Virus record (IMG/VR): IMGVR_UViG_3300005577_000027
Location: 67,452 to 131,451 of that record
DNA length: 64,000 nt
Reading direction: 5' to 3' (one strand)
Origin: a virus
Lineage: Duplodnaviria; Caudoviricetes
A program made the translations under genes and the position numbers. The notes under the pieces are model-generated. The model worked only from the letters and a program-made list of their open reading frames with translations. It was not told where the DNA came from and did no database searches. This document shows positions 22,026-33,063 of this stretch, piece after piece; within the stretch, counting starts at the first letter, position 1; each line of letters opens with the position of its first letter.

Positions 22026-23480
22026 TTAAGTATTAATTGACCTTAATGGTGCAACTCTTCCAAATGGAACTTCTGGCATATGTTGGTTAGTAATTACAAA
22101 TACTGTATCTACAGGTGGAGTTTTACAATTTAAATGAAAACCTCCATCAGTAATTACAATAATTAAATCAATTCGTTCTTTGATTCGTTTTTGATAGGTG
22201 TCGAAAAATTCATCAAATACTGTTCCACCCCGGCCAGCCAAATTGATTTTGGGAAGATCAAACATTGATTTAATCTTAACCATTTTATTCCAATGGGGTT
22301 CGGCATCTACTGGTACAACAATACCCTCAGATCTACTATCTAATACTTTTAGTTGAGAAACTCCATAAGTCATATCATCCAAAGACATGCTACCAGAAGT
22401 ATCCAGTAAACATAACCATCGAATAAATTGATCTTTTTTCTTAGGAATATATAAACCTAAAGGTATAGACTTCCTTCTAAATCGACACCAATCGTTTCTA
22501 CCCCCAAACTCTTGACGGGTATATTGTAAACTTTGTCTACAAATATCTTCCCACTTAAGTTTAGGATTTTCTAATTCATTTAAAGTATCCTCAAGACAAC
22601 CAGGAATAGTACCATACATTTTCCTAGAGGCGGTAGCTGCACTTAACAACTCTTCAAAAATTGCCTTTTTATCTAAATCAGAATCTAAATGAGAATCATT
22701 TGTTAGATATGAATCCATTAAATCATTTAAATCACCATCAGATAAACCTGATGATTTATATGCATTCATTATTTCTTCATAAATAGATTCTGGAGAACGT
22801 TTATAAAGAGTAAAATCAACAAAAGTACATTTATTATTACTCTTCTTTTCCGCTTCTAGTTTTTTATTTTTTTCTTCTTCTGATAAACCTTTATAAGATA
22901 AAATATCAGCAATTAAATCAGCTAATACATATGGTTTATGAAGATTACCATTCCAAATAGGATGTTCTGTTTTATTTTTGTAAGCAGCTTCACAATTAGC
23001 TGTGAAATTATTTCTGTCTCCATTATTGCATCTGAAATCATGTTCAATAGATGCATTAACTACATAATCAACAGCTAAATTCCAAATTCCATGATTCTTT
23101 CCAAAAGATCTCAATGGATTACAATGCTGCATCATAATGTGATACGTTTCATGACAAAAAATTATCTTTAATTCATTAATTGATAATTTTTCTAAAAACG
23201 CAGGATACCAGAAATATTTCTTACCATTAGTTGCAGCAGTACCTTCAACTTTTTCTAAACCAGCTCCATCGGTTTTACCATCTTCTGATTGAGATTTTTT
23301 ACCTCTACCAATTTTAGTAAAATCGTCTAGATAATGCTTTTTAGTAGCAATAAAGGAGTAAACAAATGGCATACCTCCGTGATCAACACTTCGGGCCATT
23401 ATGCTTTTAGCTGCAGAGATTTTTTCGTTTAAACGATCAAAATCACTTTGACTTACTAAGTTCTGCGGATCGTTCAGCAT
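22026..23480 (-). CDS. DUF2201-type metallopeptidase plus VWA domain protein
   Basis: TAATNG, HETYH, WNLAVD, MIDAS DTSGSM, GRGGT, ITDG. Confidence 0.88.
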   Translation of the reverse strand: MLNDPQNLVSQSDFDRLNEKISAAKSIMARSVDHGGMPFVYSFIATKKHYLDDFTKIGRGKKSQSEDGKTDGAGLEKVEGTAATNGKKYFWYPAFLEKLSINELKIIFCHETYHIMMQHCNPLRSFGKNHGIWNLAVDYVVNASIEHDFRCNNGDRNNFTANCEAAYKNKTEHPIWNGNLHKPYVLADLIADILSYKGLSEEEKNKKLEAEKKSNNKCTFVDFTLYKRSPESIYEEIMNAYKSSGLSDGDLNDLMDSYLTNDSHLDSDLDKKAIFEELLSAATASRKMYGTIPGCLEDTLNELENPKLKWEDICRQSLQYTRQEFGGRNDWCRFRRKSIPLGLYIPKKKDQFIRWLCLLDTSGSMSLDDMTYGVSQLKVLDSRSEGIVVPVDAEPHWNKMVKIKSMFDLPKINLAGRGGTVFDEFFDTYQKRIKERIDLIIVITDGGFHLNCKTPPVDTVFVITNQHMPEVPFGRVAPLRSINT

Positions 23481-24858
23481 TTAATTTCTCCCATTTCCTA
23501 AAATTCTTATCAATATCAATAAACACATTGGTAAATTCAGGTATTTCAGATAACTTATACTTTTGAATTACACCTTCAAGACCTTTAGAAGCATTAAAAT
23601 TACCACCAAAAACCATACGAATAGATCCAACTTGAACATCAGGCGGTAACGTAGCTAACCAATTAAAAGCATTTTTTACATATTTTTCAATTTGTGGACG
23701 ATTATCAGGCTTAAGTACAGATTCAACTTTAGAACAAGCAGACAAAGCGCAGATAAAAATATCTTCAGTAGCCATATCTGGTTTGGTTTTAGTTGGATAA
23801 ACACCCTTTTCCATTAAATCATTAATAAATGGATCAAGTTGATGATAATGCTTATACCAATTATTAAAATGAATTGCAGCAGTAGAACCAACAGCCCCTG
23901 AAACTAATTTCAAACGCAATTCTTCATTAATATTTTCTTCTTTTTCCTTTTCGAAGAATTTAATAACTTTATTAGCAATTTCCCAAGTTCTAGGAGATGG
24001 TAAAGCATAAGCTGTATCATCACCATTAGCCGTCTTGTATAGATAAGAATTATTTTGACGTAAGAAGCCGGTAATCAATGGACTAATACCATTATTGACA
24101 GCCCAAGAAACCCATTGTTCAAAATTTAACTTTAGTTGAAAAGTTAACCCGCGCTTAGTAATAGCATGAGAAATTTGATTTGAATGCGCAAATTCGTCAG
24201 GCATGTTAGCTGTCATAATGCAAGTACGAATATTTAATTTACGACCATTAATTGATCCAAATTGCAAAAATTCTAACAGGGTATTTAAAACTTCAGTCAT
24301 ACCCTTATCAACTTCATCAAACATAATGACAATAGGAGTTTCCTCATTAACTGATTGATCTAATCCGTTAATTCTACCCTTTAATTCATTAAAAGTTTCG
24401 TTATTAGGTAATGAATTAGCAGATTGCTTTAGAAGCTTGATTTCTTCTTCCGCATCAATTTTAGAAATTTCACCTTCAAGAAATTTAATTGCATCAAATT
24501 TATCTAAAGAATCAATATTTTTATTTGGCTGTTTATTTAGCCAAGAAATCATTGTATTTATGGCTTCTTTTTGCTTTCGAACTTTAACATCAACGAAAGG
24601 TAAAAAGTCAGGACAGGCATAATTTACAGTTTTATTATCATCAGAAATAACAGGTAAACCTTGAAAATCAACACGCTCTAGTACTGACATATTGATGTAA
24701 ATCGGCCGGCATTTTTTCTTAGCGATAACGGAAAAACACATTTGAGTTTTTCCACCACCAGAAGGGCCTAAAATTAAGACGTTGGTGCCACTATCAATGG
24801 CATAGCTATAAATATTTTGAAGGTCTGCTTGATCAATTTCAGGTACATCAGTTAGCAT
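23443..24858 (-). CDS. MoxR-type AAA+ ATPase
   Basis: Walker A GPSGGGKT, Walker B IMFDE, PSPRTW; adjacent to the VWA partner. Confidence 0.88.
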   Translation of the reverse strand: MLTDVPEIDQADLQNIYSYAIDSGTNVLILGPSGGGKTQMCFSVIAKKKCRPIYINMSVLERVDFQGLPVISDDNKTVNYACPDFLPFVDVKVRKQKEAINTMISWLNKQPNKNIDSLDKFDAIKFLEGEISKIDAEEEIKLLKQSANSLPNNETFNELKGRINGLDQSVNEETPIVIMFDEVDKGMTEVLNTLLEFLQFGSINGRKLNIRTCIMTANMPDEFAHSNQISHAITKRGLTFQLKLNFEQWVSWAVNNGISPLITGFLRQNNSYLYKTANGDDTAYALPSPRTWEIANKVIKFFEKEKEENINEELRLKLVSGAVGSTAAIHFNNWYKHYHQLDPFINDLMEKGVYPTKTKPDMATEDIFICALSACSKVESVLKPDNRPQIEKYVKNAFNWLATLPPDVQVGSIRMVFGGNFNASKGLEGVIQKYKLSEIPEFTNVFIDIDKNFRKWEKLNAERSAELSKSK

Positions 24859-24959
24859 TTTCTTTTCTTTCTTGGGTTTTTATAAACGTATCGTCGTAAT
24901 TAACAATTAAGTCTTAAAGTTTAAATTGTCTAGGGTCTGAAACGTATTTTAAAAAAAAG

Positions 24960-25184
24960 TTATTCTATTATATTTTTAATGATCAACTGCTCGCAACTTA
25001 AATATGCATCATGATCTTCGTTCTCGGCAACAAAGTATCCTAAACTACCTTTGTCCTGCATTGCAATTAAACCACAATCAGCACATTTTGCTTTATTATA
25101 ACCGTTACTAGAGAGATAATCAATCCATGTGTGACGATTTCGAATAAAATATACTGGAAGTCTTGCCGCAGATGAATGCCGCAT
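24960..25184 (-). CDS. CxxC family protein with LSCEQLIIKNIIE tail
   Basis: H..CADC..C plus the shared tail. Confidence 0.65.
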   Translation of the reverse strand: MRHSSAARLPVYFIRNRHTWIDYLSSNGYNKAKCADCGLIAMQDKGSLGYFVAENEDHDAYLSCEQLIIKNIIE

Positions 25185-25671
25185 ATACTAATGCCATTTT
25201 ATTCATTTTTATTTTAAAGTGAAAATATAAAAATAATTAAAAATTAATTATTTTAAGACCATCTGCAAAATGCAACATTTTTCTGCCAATTAAATTTTCT
25301 ATAAGATCAGTAAATCATCCGGCTAATAATGGTTTGTTAGCTGGTTTATTTAATAAATGAAATTTTATAGGTTTAATCAAATTAGAATTATAATTAAACA
25401 TTTCTGCAATTTTTAATACAAATTTATATTTAGAAATGTAACCGCTGCCAACTATATTGACAAGGGCATTTTTGTCATTTCTTAAGGGTGCCAGAATACC
25501 ACTCAGGAACAGAAGAATATTGATTCACTTTAGCTAAAGCGTTTCTAGCTTGATTTTATTATTTATCAGAATATGGTTTTTATTATTTGAATTTTTTGAA
25601 AATTCTGCAGGGTATACACAATATCCACGATTTTTGGCTAATTTTTCAAATTTATCAGCCAAAATGGAAAT

Positions 25672-26487
25672 TCAATCGTCTATTTTAATATCTCTATTAG
25701 CACGAATAATGTCAACTCCAGAATATATTATATTACTTAAAAAACTTTTATCTAAAATAAAACTAGGAAGATTTGAGTCTATTATCCATTTATTTTTTTG
25801 AATTTCACCATCTATAGTTTTTATTATTTTAGGAACTTTATAAGCTCCAATTCCAAATCTATATGCTTTAGGATAATTTTCATAATCAATATTACACTCA
25901 GATTGTAATAATTCTATTTGTTCATCTAAATTTTTGCCAAATAATCTTTTATTCGCTTCAGTTTTTCCATATATTTTAGTAAATTCTGCATTTGCCGCTC
26001 TAAATACAGCGTCACCATAGCATAATTGCTGTTTTAATATTATATGATGAACTGCCTCATTAATAGAGGGCATAGCAAATACTTTTGTTTTAAAAATAGC
26101 ATCGCCATCAAGTTCATTTAAATCATCTTCTAAAACCAAATTTTTAAAAAAATTAATTGATATCATACTAGATATTACACTAGCGATATCTTGTACTTTA
26201 TTTTGACACCAAGGTTGATATTCGTATGATCTATCATTTCTTAAGACAAAAGTAAATTCATCACTATATTGAAAACCAAATATAGCATCATCTATTACTT
26301 GAATAGTTTGTAATAATGTATTTTTAAATACATTGATTAATTTAATACAATATGGACGATCTAATCTTCGTGTTAGACGAGAAAAATTTCTTCCATTTAC
26401 TCTTATAATTATAGGAATTCTATCTATAATTTGAAGATCATAGATAGATTCATATTTATCATGTCTATTATTAAAAGGTGAATCCAT
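25672..26487 (-). CDS. Thg1-like (tRNA-His guanylyltransferase family) protein
   Basis: IIRVNGRNFSRLT, FQYSDEFTF, KVQDIASVISS, YRFG. Confidence 0.85.
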   Translation of the reverse strand: MDSPFNNRHDKYESIYDLQIIDRIPIIIRVNGRNFSRLTRRLDRPYCIKLINVFKNTLLQTIQVIDDAIFGFQYSDEFTFVLRNDRSYEYQPWCQNKVQDIASVISSMISINFFKNLVLEDDLNELDGDAIFKTKVFAMPSINEAVHHIILKQQLCYGDAVFRAANAEFTKIYGKTEANKRLFGKNLDEQIELLQSECNIDYENYPKAYRFGIGAYKVPKIIKTIDGEIQKNKWIIDSNLPSFILDKSFLSNIIYSGVDIIRANRDIKIDD

Positions 26488-26996
26488 TCATCATTTATAT
26501 ATCCAATCATATTTTAGATATATTATCCTATTTTTTTATAAGAAGCTGGTAAAAATGAATCCTTATTCCACGTTCCACTAGGAGTTTTACTCGATTGCGG
26601 AGGAGAAAAAGGTCTATTACTTCTAGAATACTGAACGTCTACAGCTTTTCTTGGATTTTTCGGATTTCTAGTAAAATTTGAATAAATTGTATTATTTATT
26701 TGACGAATTTCTGGACGACCAATATGGCCACAATTTGTGCACTTGGTATGAAGTCCACCATTTACTATCTGTAATATTTCTAAATCACCTTGACAAAGCA
26801 GGCAATGTACTCCGAACATTTTCATTTGAAATCAATTCTCCTATTGAGGACGATCCCAACTTTAGCATATTCTGTGCCAAAAGTGAACTATTCAAAATCA
26901 TTACGGTTTTTCTGAGGTGAGGTAAGGTGTGTGGAAAAAATGCATGTAGCGAAATGGCTTATATATGTCAGTTAGTCACGTAACGAATTTGCAGTA

Positions 26997-28307
26997 CTAT
27001 ACATCTGCTACGCACTCTAACGGCTTTTTATCGCCATGGATTCTTATAAAAACCGGAAAACGAAATTTATTAGTATCCTCTTGACGTTCAGAAAATTTCA
27101 CTTCAACAACAATATCATGAGATGTGTCTTGAAGATCAATTTTTAATGCGTCCTTATCCTTTTCAAAAATTGGGATACCCCTATCCTTACACATTTTTGT
27201 CATCTCGTCAATATCATTTTCCGTAAAACCTGACCCCACCTTGCCGCAATTAAAAAATTCCCCAGTTTCTGGATGAATTTGCTTTACAAATACGGCTCCA
27301 ACCTGCCCCATCCTCTTACCAGATCCTGAAGCTGCCGCAAATACAACACAATCTGTATTCGATTCTGGTTTTAATTTATGATGTCCTTTTGGTCTTTGTG
27401 CAGTACCATCAAAAGAAAAGAATTTATCTCCTGGTTTACTATCCCCATCAGTAATAACAAATCCTTCCCAACGATTTTCTTTAGCAATTTCCATCCAATT
27501 ATTAGGATTTATATCGTGATAAGTAACCGGATTAATTAGATTACCTTTAAATTCTCTCCAAATTTTAGCACGATCGTCATAAGTAACATCTGATAACTCT
27601 TTTCCATCATAAAAAAGCATATCAAAAATTAAATATAATGGTTCTGGAACTTCTTTATCCTCAACTAATTTTCTAGCTACCTCAGCATCCGATCTACAAA
27701 CTCTAGAAGTAGCTTTAAAATTATCAGTTCCATCTTCTCGTTGACAAACCATCTCGCCTACAAGAATAGTACCTACAGGAATATCAAAATTATCTAATTC
27801 AATAATATGATTAGGAAACTTTTCAGTATTTAAATCCATACGGCGAGAATAAATTTCCCAACCCCAAGGATGTTTTACTAATGCATGTTGTTGTCCATCA
27901 AACTTCCTTGTATATCTAGCTTTACCTGCCTTATGAATTTTTTCTAAAGTAGATTCAGAAATATCCGTTTGCGGCTTATATCCTGTAAAATTTTTAGGTA
28001 AAACTTTATTAAAATCTATAGATGTAGCAACTTCAGTTACATATTTACCATCAATAAATTCTGAATATCCTGCTTCTTCCTTTTTTCGAATTTCTCTTAA
28101 AACATGGAAGGAACAATTATCTACAGGTGATAAATAAGCTTTAGTACCAGCCTTTCCTTTATCTCCCGGCTTATCTGAAAATGTTTGCATGGCCCCATCT
28201 AATTGACCATGTTCAGTAACTAAAGTACCGCCTTCTTGTTTAATTTTCCAAACAAGCGTGGCATTTTTACCTCTACCTTCTCTACGAAATTCTCGCCAAT
28301 TATTCAT
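26997..28307 (-). CDS. ATP-dependent DNA ligase
   Basis: KFDG, VGEMV, IFDML, WEGFV, KVGSGFT, RFPVFIR..DK. Confidence 0.9.
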   Translation of the reverse strand: MNNWREFRREGRGKNATLVWKIKQEGGTLVTEHGQLDGAMQTFSDKPGDKGKAGTKAYLSPVDNCSFHVLREIRKKEEAGYSEFIDGKYVTEVATSIDFNKVLPKNFTGYKPQTDISESTLEKIHKAGKARYTRKFDGQQHALVKHPWGWEIYSRRMDLNTEKFPNHIIELDNFDIPVGTILVGEMVCQREDGTDNFKATSRVCRSDAEVARKLVEDKEVPEPLYLIFDMLFYDGKELSDVTYDDRAKIWREFKGNLINPVTYHDINPNNWMEIAKENRWEGFVITDGDSKPGDKFFSFDGTAQRPKGHHKLKPESNTDCVVFAAASGSGKRMGQVGAVFVKQIHPETGEFFNCGKVGSGFTENDIDEMTKMCKDRGIPIFEKDKDALKIDLQDTSHDIVVEVKFSERQEDTNKFRFPVFIRIHGDKKPLECVADV

Positions 28308-29245
28308 TTAAAAGAATCCTTAAAACAACATTCTTCATCATCAGAGTTACAATTGCAATTTTCATGATGTGAATTATATTCATCACAGCTATAATTGAAA
28401 CAATCGCATTCTTCTGTAATATTATTTTCGGAATTATAACAACCACAAATATCACAACCACAATTATGACATTCATCATCATTATCGTCATCTGTATCAG
28501 AATTGTCAACTGAAGGTTTATAAAATTTACCCTTCATTTCTTCAACAACTTTAGATAACACTTTATATCTGCAAACTCTCATTTTTGTAAAATCATATGC
28601 GTTAGGCATAGAAACTACATCTTCAGGATTAACAGATACCATAATCATATGGCCACCACTTCCATATGACCAACTGAAACCCCAGTTAGCAACGTGGAAA
28701 CCTCGACTGCACGCCACTTCTGGATCATCATTGACTTCATTTCTTGGCATAGAAATTGTTTCGCCAATAGTATTTAATATTTTACCGGTATAACAATCAG
28801 TCCAATCCTTATTTATTCCCTTATAAGCAATAATATCTCCATCTTCAGTGATTGGATAATTATTTTTATCTAAAAATTCAAATAAAGAATTTACTACATG
28901 ATAACTTGGATTGTTTTGTAATTTATTCCAAAAATTCAATAAAGGCTTATACGGCAAACCTTCTTTAGCGAAATCAATAATTTTTTTGCTTAAAGCTTCA
29001 GGTACCGGCTTTCCTTGTAAATGCACAATATTATCAACAACTTCAAATACACCATCTGAAAAATTATATATCGTTGATTTAATATCTAATAAATCAGGAA
29101 TTATATCGAAATTTCTGTCTTTTATTGCTTGTAAAACCGTATCATAATTTGCATGACCTTTTACAATAGTTTTTGGTTGGCCATTTGGTAATATAACTGT
29201 AATTTTGTCATCAGTTTTAATCCAAGTTAAATTCGTGATTGTCAT
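28304..29245 (-). CDS. rIIB: rIIB-like protein
   Basis: ITEDG.IIAYK, MPRNEVNDDP..ACSRGFHV, VNPEDVVS.P, KMRVCRY. Confidence 0.85.
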   Translation of the reverse strand: MTITNLTWIKTDDKITVILPNGQPKTIVKGHANYDTVLQAIKDRNFDIIPDLLDIKSTIYNFSDGVFEVVDNIVHLQGKPVPEALSKKIIDFAKEGLPYKPLLNFWNKLQNNPSYHVVNSLFEFLDKNNYPITEDGDIIAYKGINKDWTDCYTGKILNTIGETISMPRNEVNDDPEVACSRGFHVANWGFSWSYGSGGHMIMVSVNPEDVVSMPNAYDFTKMRVCRYKVLSKVVEEMKGKFYKPSVDNSDTDDDNDDECHNCGCDICGCYNSENNITEECDCFNYSCDEYNSHHENCNCNSDDEECCFKDSFK

Positions 29246-29249
29246 TATT

Positions 29250-31469
29250 TTAAGCTCCTACAGCTATATTTATTGGTTTTGTTTCTTTATGAACTAGCTT
29301 TTTATCACAAGCATTTATATAATCAATAATATCAAAACAAGATGCTTCATTCGATATAAAATTTAAAAGCTTATATCGACTTTCCATTTCTTCAATTAAT
29401 AATTCATTTTTCTTTTGGAAAATATTTAATTTCTTATTATCATTAATTAAATTTTCAAATTTAATCAAAAAATTATTAATATTAATATCTTTAGAATACG
29501 TTAAAATTTTACTATATTTTAAAAATAAACTATTATTATTTAATATTTTATTATTAAATGTTTTTAATTTATTTAAATCACTTAAAAAGCTGTTATGACG
29601 TTTATATGAATCATTATTTATTAACATTATAGATAAGAAATTATAATAATCATCAGATATTAATTCATTAAATTTCTTTTCTATTAATTCTGATAATGGT
29701 TTTAATTTTGTAAATTTGGAAATGAATTTTTCATTTACAAAATAAATTGATTCATCTTTAAGTAATTTGCAAATACAATTTATATCATTTATAGAAAATT
29801 TCCAATTTTTTGATTTATATTTACAAATAAAATTATTATGTTTATTATTGGAAAGCGAAATTTGAACGTAATATCCCTCAGTATCTTTTTCAATAAAATC
29901 TTCAGAGAAATTATCTCTTAACCGATAAGAAACATAATTATTTATATTATTATATTTATATACTTTAATTTTATTTTTAATTAATGGTTTTATTACTTTA
30001 ATAGTAGATTTAACTTTTATTTGTTTATCTTCAATAATAGAAGAAAGTAATTTTGGTTTAATTATATCAAGAATAAATGAATTATCTACTTCGTTAGATT
30101 GAATGAATTTAGCTGATTCTGATTTATAATCATTAACAAAATCATCATAAGTTTTATTAGGTAAATAATTTATTATTTGAATATAATTATTATTTTCTAA
30201 CGCTTTAATATTTTTATTTCTATAAGTATGATTTGGGTCTAAATCGTTATAATAAATTTCAGTTTTTTTATTTATATGTAATTTAGATACAAAATCTCTT
30301 TTAATTGATGTTCTATAATTAGATGTATGTTTTCTAAAGCCATAAATGTTACTTTTGATATTTTTTAAAACATTATATCTAAGATCAACATCTTCACCAA
30401 TTACTTTATTTCCCCGCCAAAGAAAATCTTTATTTTTTAAAATTCTATAAAAATATTTCTCCATAAATTCATAAAATTCAACAGCCTCTACATAAGTTTC
30501 TTTTTTATCAATAAGTTCAGATATCTGTTCACTTAGTTCTTTTTTAATTAATTTAATTTTATTATTAATTAATTTAATTGTATTATCGTCATATTGAATA
30601 GCTTCTCTAGAGGCGGATAAAGAAAGTTCACCGATATTAAAAATCATATGAACATTAGATTGTAATATCCAACGATCATCTGAAGCGATAAAAGATTCAT
30701 CTATTTTATATTGAATTCCATCAATTATAGCTAAAGATTCAGCTTTAGTTGAATTATAGAATCCTGAATTATTCTTAACGTTATAAATATTCCAATTTTC
30801 ACCAGAAGCTAATAAATCACCAATAGTTTGTGGATATTCTGGAACTGGATTAATACCTTTTAATATAGGTTTAATTGGCCAATATTGAGTTGATTTCAAT
30901 GTTGAAGTAATAAAACTTTCAAAATCTTTTTCTTCAACCGGTATTATAATTTCAGTACCAGATGACAAATTTAAATTTTCTTCAGATACTAATGCTAATA
31001 TACCTTCATTAGATTCGTCAATATAATAAATATAAGTTCTGGTTGTAAAAATATTATTTTCTTCAGTTGTAGTTTTAATTGTAAACTGATTAGAATAAGC
31101 TAAAGGCGTTTTACTTCCTAAACCAAAAGCACCAGTAAATTCATTACTGTCTCGTTTTGTAGAGTTTCCATAATTCATATAAACCTCATCCATCCTTTGA
31201 GGAGAGATTCCGGGTCCATTATCACAAATTCTATAATTATTATCAAACGCATTAGGAAAATGAATTTCAATTGGAATATTTCCTTTTGAAACTTCCCTAT
31301 TTGCATCCCTGGCATTACATGAAATTTCTCTTGTAATAGATTCAATTACATTAGAATATAATTTATTTCTTAAAATATTTAAAACAATAGATAAATTTCC
31401 AATTTTAGATCTACGTTCCATAAATTGAGAAGATTTTTCAATGATTATTTTATTTTCAGGTAATTTCAT
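29250..31469 (-). CDS. rIIA: rIIA-like protein (GHKL ATPase N-terminus)
   Basis: LYSN..REISCNARDA, DNGPG, STKR, GAFGLGSK, ASREAI; upstream of rIIB. Confidence 0.88.
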   Translation of the reverse strand: MKLPENKIIIEKSSQFMERRSKIGNLSIVLNILRNKLYSNVIESITREISCNARDANREVSKGNIPIEIHFPNAFDNNYRICDNGPGISPQRMDEVYMNYGNSTKRDSNEFTGAFGLGSKTPLAYSNQFTIKTTTEENNIFTTRTYIYYIDESNEGILALVSEENLNLSSGTEIIIPVEEKDFESFITSTLKSTQYWPIKPILKGINPVPEYPQTIGDLLASGENWNIYNVKNNSGFYNSTKAESLAIIDGIQYKIDESFIASDDRWILQSNVHMIFNIGELSLSASREAIQYDDNTIKLINNKIKLIKKELSEQISELIDKKETYVEAVEFYEFMEKYFYRILKNKDFLWRGNKVIGEDVDLRYNVLKNIKSNIYGFRKHTSNYRTSIKRDFVSKLHINKKTEIYYNDLDPNHTYRNKNIKALENNNYIQIINYLPNKTYDDFVNDYKSESAKFIQSNEVDNSFILDIIKPKLLSSIIEDKQIKVKSTIKVIKPLIKNKIKVYKYNNINNYVSYRLRDNFSEDFIEKDTEGYYVQISLSNNKHNNFICKYKSKNWKFSINDINCICKLLKDESIYFVNEKFISKFTKLKPLSELIEKKFNELISDDYYNFLSIMLINNDSYKRHNSFLSDLNKLKTFNNKILNNNSLFLKYSKILTYSKDININNFLIKFENLINDNKKLNIFQKKNELLIEEMESRYKLLNFISNEASCFDIIDYINACDKKLVHKETKPINIAVGA

Positions 31470-31521
31470 ATTTAATGATCTTTATATAGTAAAAGAAGGT
31501 AGAAAATTCTAAAAAAGAAAT

Positions 31522-31800
31522 TCACTCATTGAACCGTTCCTCGGCAAGTGAAATTTGAAATTTAATCCATTCTTCATCCGATTTAATATCTGGATAATAA
31601 ATATCACTTAAATAATAATATTTTTCACCATTAGGCCATATTATAGCGGGACCATCTACCCTATGACGCCTTGAGTTATAGTACTATTCTTCCCCACCAA
31701 AATCCCATTCTTTAGCTGGACCATCTTCTCTATGAAAAGATTCATTTTTATAATAAATAGTACATCCATAGTTAGTTTTTACAGAATATATTTTATCCAT
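31522..31800 (-). pseudogene. HREDGPA paralog interrupted by in-frame TAG
   Basis: MDKIYSVK..HREDGPA..GEE-TAG(31684-31686)-YYNSRRHRVDGPA..DEEWIKFQI; absent from the ORF track. Confidence 0.8.
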
Positions 31801-31801
31801 T

Positions 31802-32062
31802 TTAATTAATTATTTGAAATATAATCCACTCTTCATCATTTTTAATATCTGGATAATATTTATTATTTAAATAATATTTTTTAATTTCATCTAAATATTC
31901 TATTGCAGGACCGTCTTTTCTGTGAAGTTCACCATTTTGGTACCAACATTTAGTTCCATCATTCCATTCTACAGCTGGGCCATCTTCTCTATGTAAAAGA
32001 TTATTATCTTTTCTTCGCCATCTAATCCAATTAGGCTTTATCTTTTTATATATTTTAATCAT
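31802..32062 (-). CDS. HREDGPA-repeat paralog (cluster 2)
   Basis: Two repeats plus EEWIIFQIIN. Confidence 0.85.
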   Translation of the reverse strand: MIKIYKKIKPNWIRWRRKDNNLLHREDGPAVEWNDGTKCWYQNGELHRKDGPAIEYLDEIKKYYLNNKYYPDIKNDEEWIIFQIIN

Positions 32063-32064
32063 TA

Positions 32065-33045
32065 TTATTTAATAATAATATTCATATTTTCAACAGCTTT
32101 AACTATTTTTTCAAAACGAACTGCTAAATTTATCCTAATAAAATTATCAACACCAAATGGAATTCCACCCATAATATTTACATTAACATTATTAAAATTC
32201 TGTATTTTTGAAGGGACCCAAGCGAACATTCCGTAATTTATAATATTATTTTTATTTAAACTTAAATTATCATATAAATAATTTCTATTTATCGATATCA
32301 TATCATATACATAATTTTCATATTTTATTCTAATTTCAGGATTATTTATTTCTTGGTCTAAAATATGCATCAATATTCTTTGAGAAGGAGTTGATACACC
32401 TGCCGTAGTTGCTTCCACAAATTTCATTAAATATGAATAATATTCTTCATTATGACATACAGCAAATCCTAACCTCGCTCCCGATATTCCGTACATTTTT
32501 GCCACAGAAAATATTTGAATATCTCCAAATGGTTTTAATTCTATATTTTTAGGCAAATAAGAATGTGTATAATATGCTGCATCATGAATAATCGGTCCAG
32601 AAATTGAACTATTTAAATTCATATACCCATCAGGATTATTTGGACTTACAATTAATGAACAATCACATTCATCTTCTATAAAAGAATAACCTAAATTTTC
32701 TCTGGTTATTAGCGAAGGAATACTCGGCCAATATGGTTTTCGAAAATGTATTTTATTTTTACCTGTAGCTTTCATAGCATAGAAAGCTCCCGATAAAGCA
32801 GATTTAGCTCCAGAAAAAACTACTACTTTAGCTTTATATATACTTTCTAATTTTTCTACTAATGGCCCATATCCTTGCGGCGGAGCGTACTCAAAAATAT
32901 TAGGGAAATTTTCAAAAGAAATAGTTTTTAACTTGTAAGCTTCAATTACAAGTTCACGTAATATATGATTTTCACCAATACCCAAATCTATTGTTGATTT
33001 AGATAATTGTGATTTAGCAAATAAATAATCAAAATCTTCAGGCAT
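32065..33045 (-). CDS. PLP-dependent aminotransferase class I/II
   Basis: SPNNPDG, HDAAY, SVAKMYGISGARLG, IRIN. Confidence 0.85.
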   Translation of the reverse strand: MPEDFDYLFAKSQLSKSTIDLGIGENHILRELVIEAYKLKTISFENFPNIFEYAPPQGYGPLVEKLESIYKAKVVVFSGAKSALSGAFYAMKATGKNKIHFRKPYWPSIPSLITRENLGYSFIEDECDCSLIVSPNNPDGYMNLNSSISGPIIHDAAYYTHSYLPKNIELKPFGDIQIFSVAKMYGISGARLGFAVCHNEEYYSYLMKFVEATTAGVSTPSQRILMHILDQEINNPEIRIKYENYVYDMISINRNYLYDNLSLNKNNIINYGMFAWVPSKIQNFNNVNVNIMGGIPFGVDNFIRINLAVRFEKIVKAVENMNIIIK

Positions 33046-33063
33046 ATTTTATTTCCAACAAAT

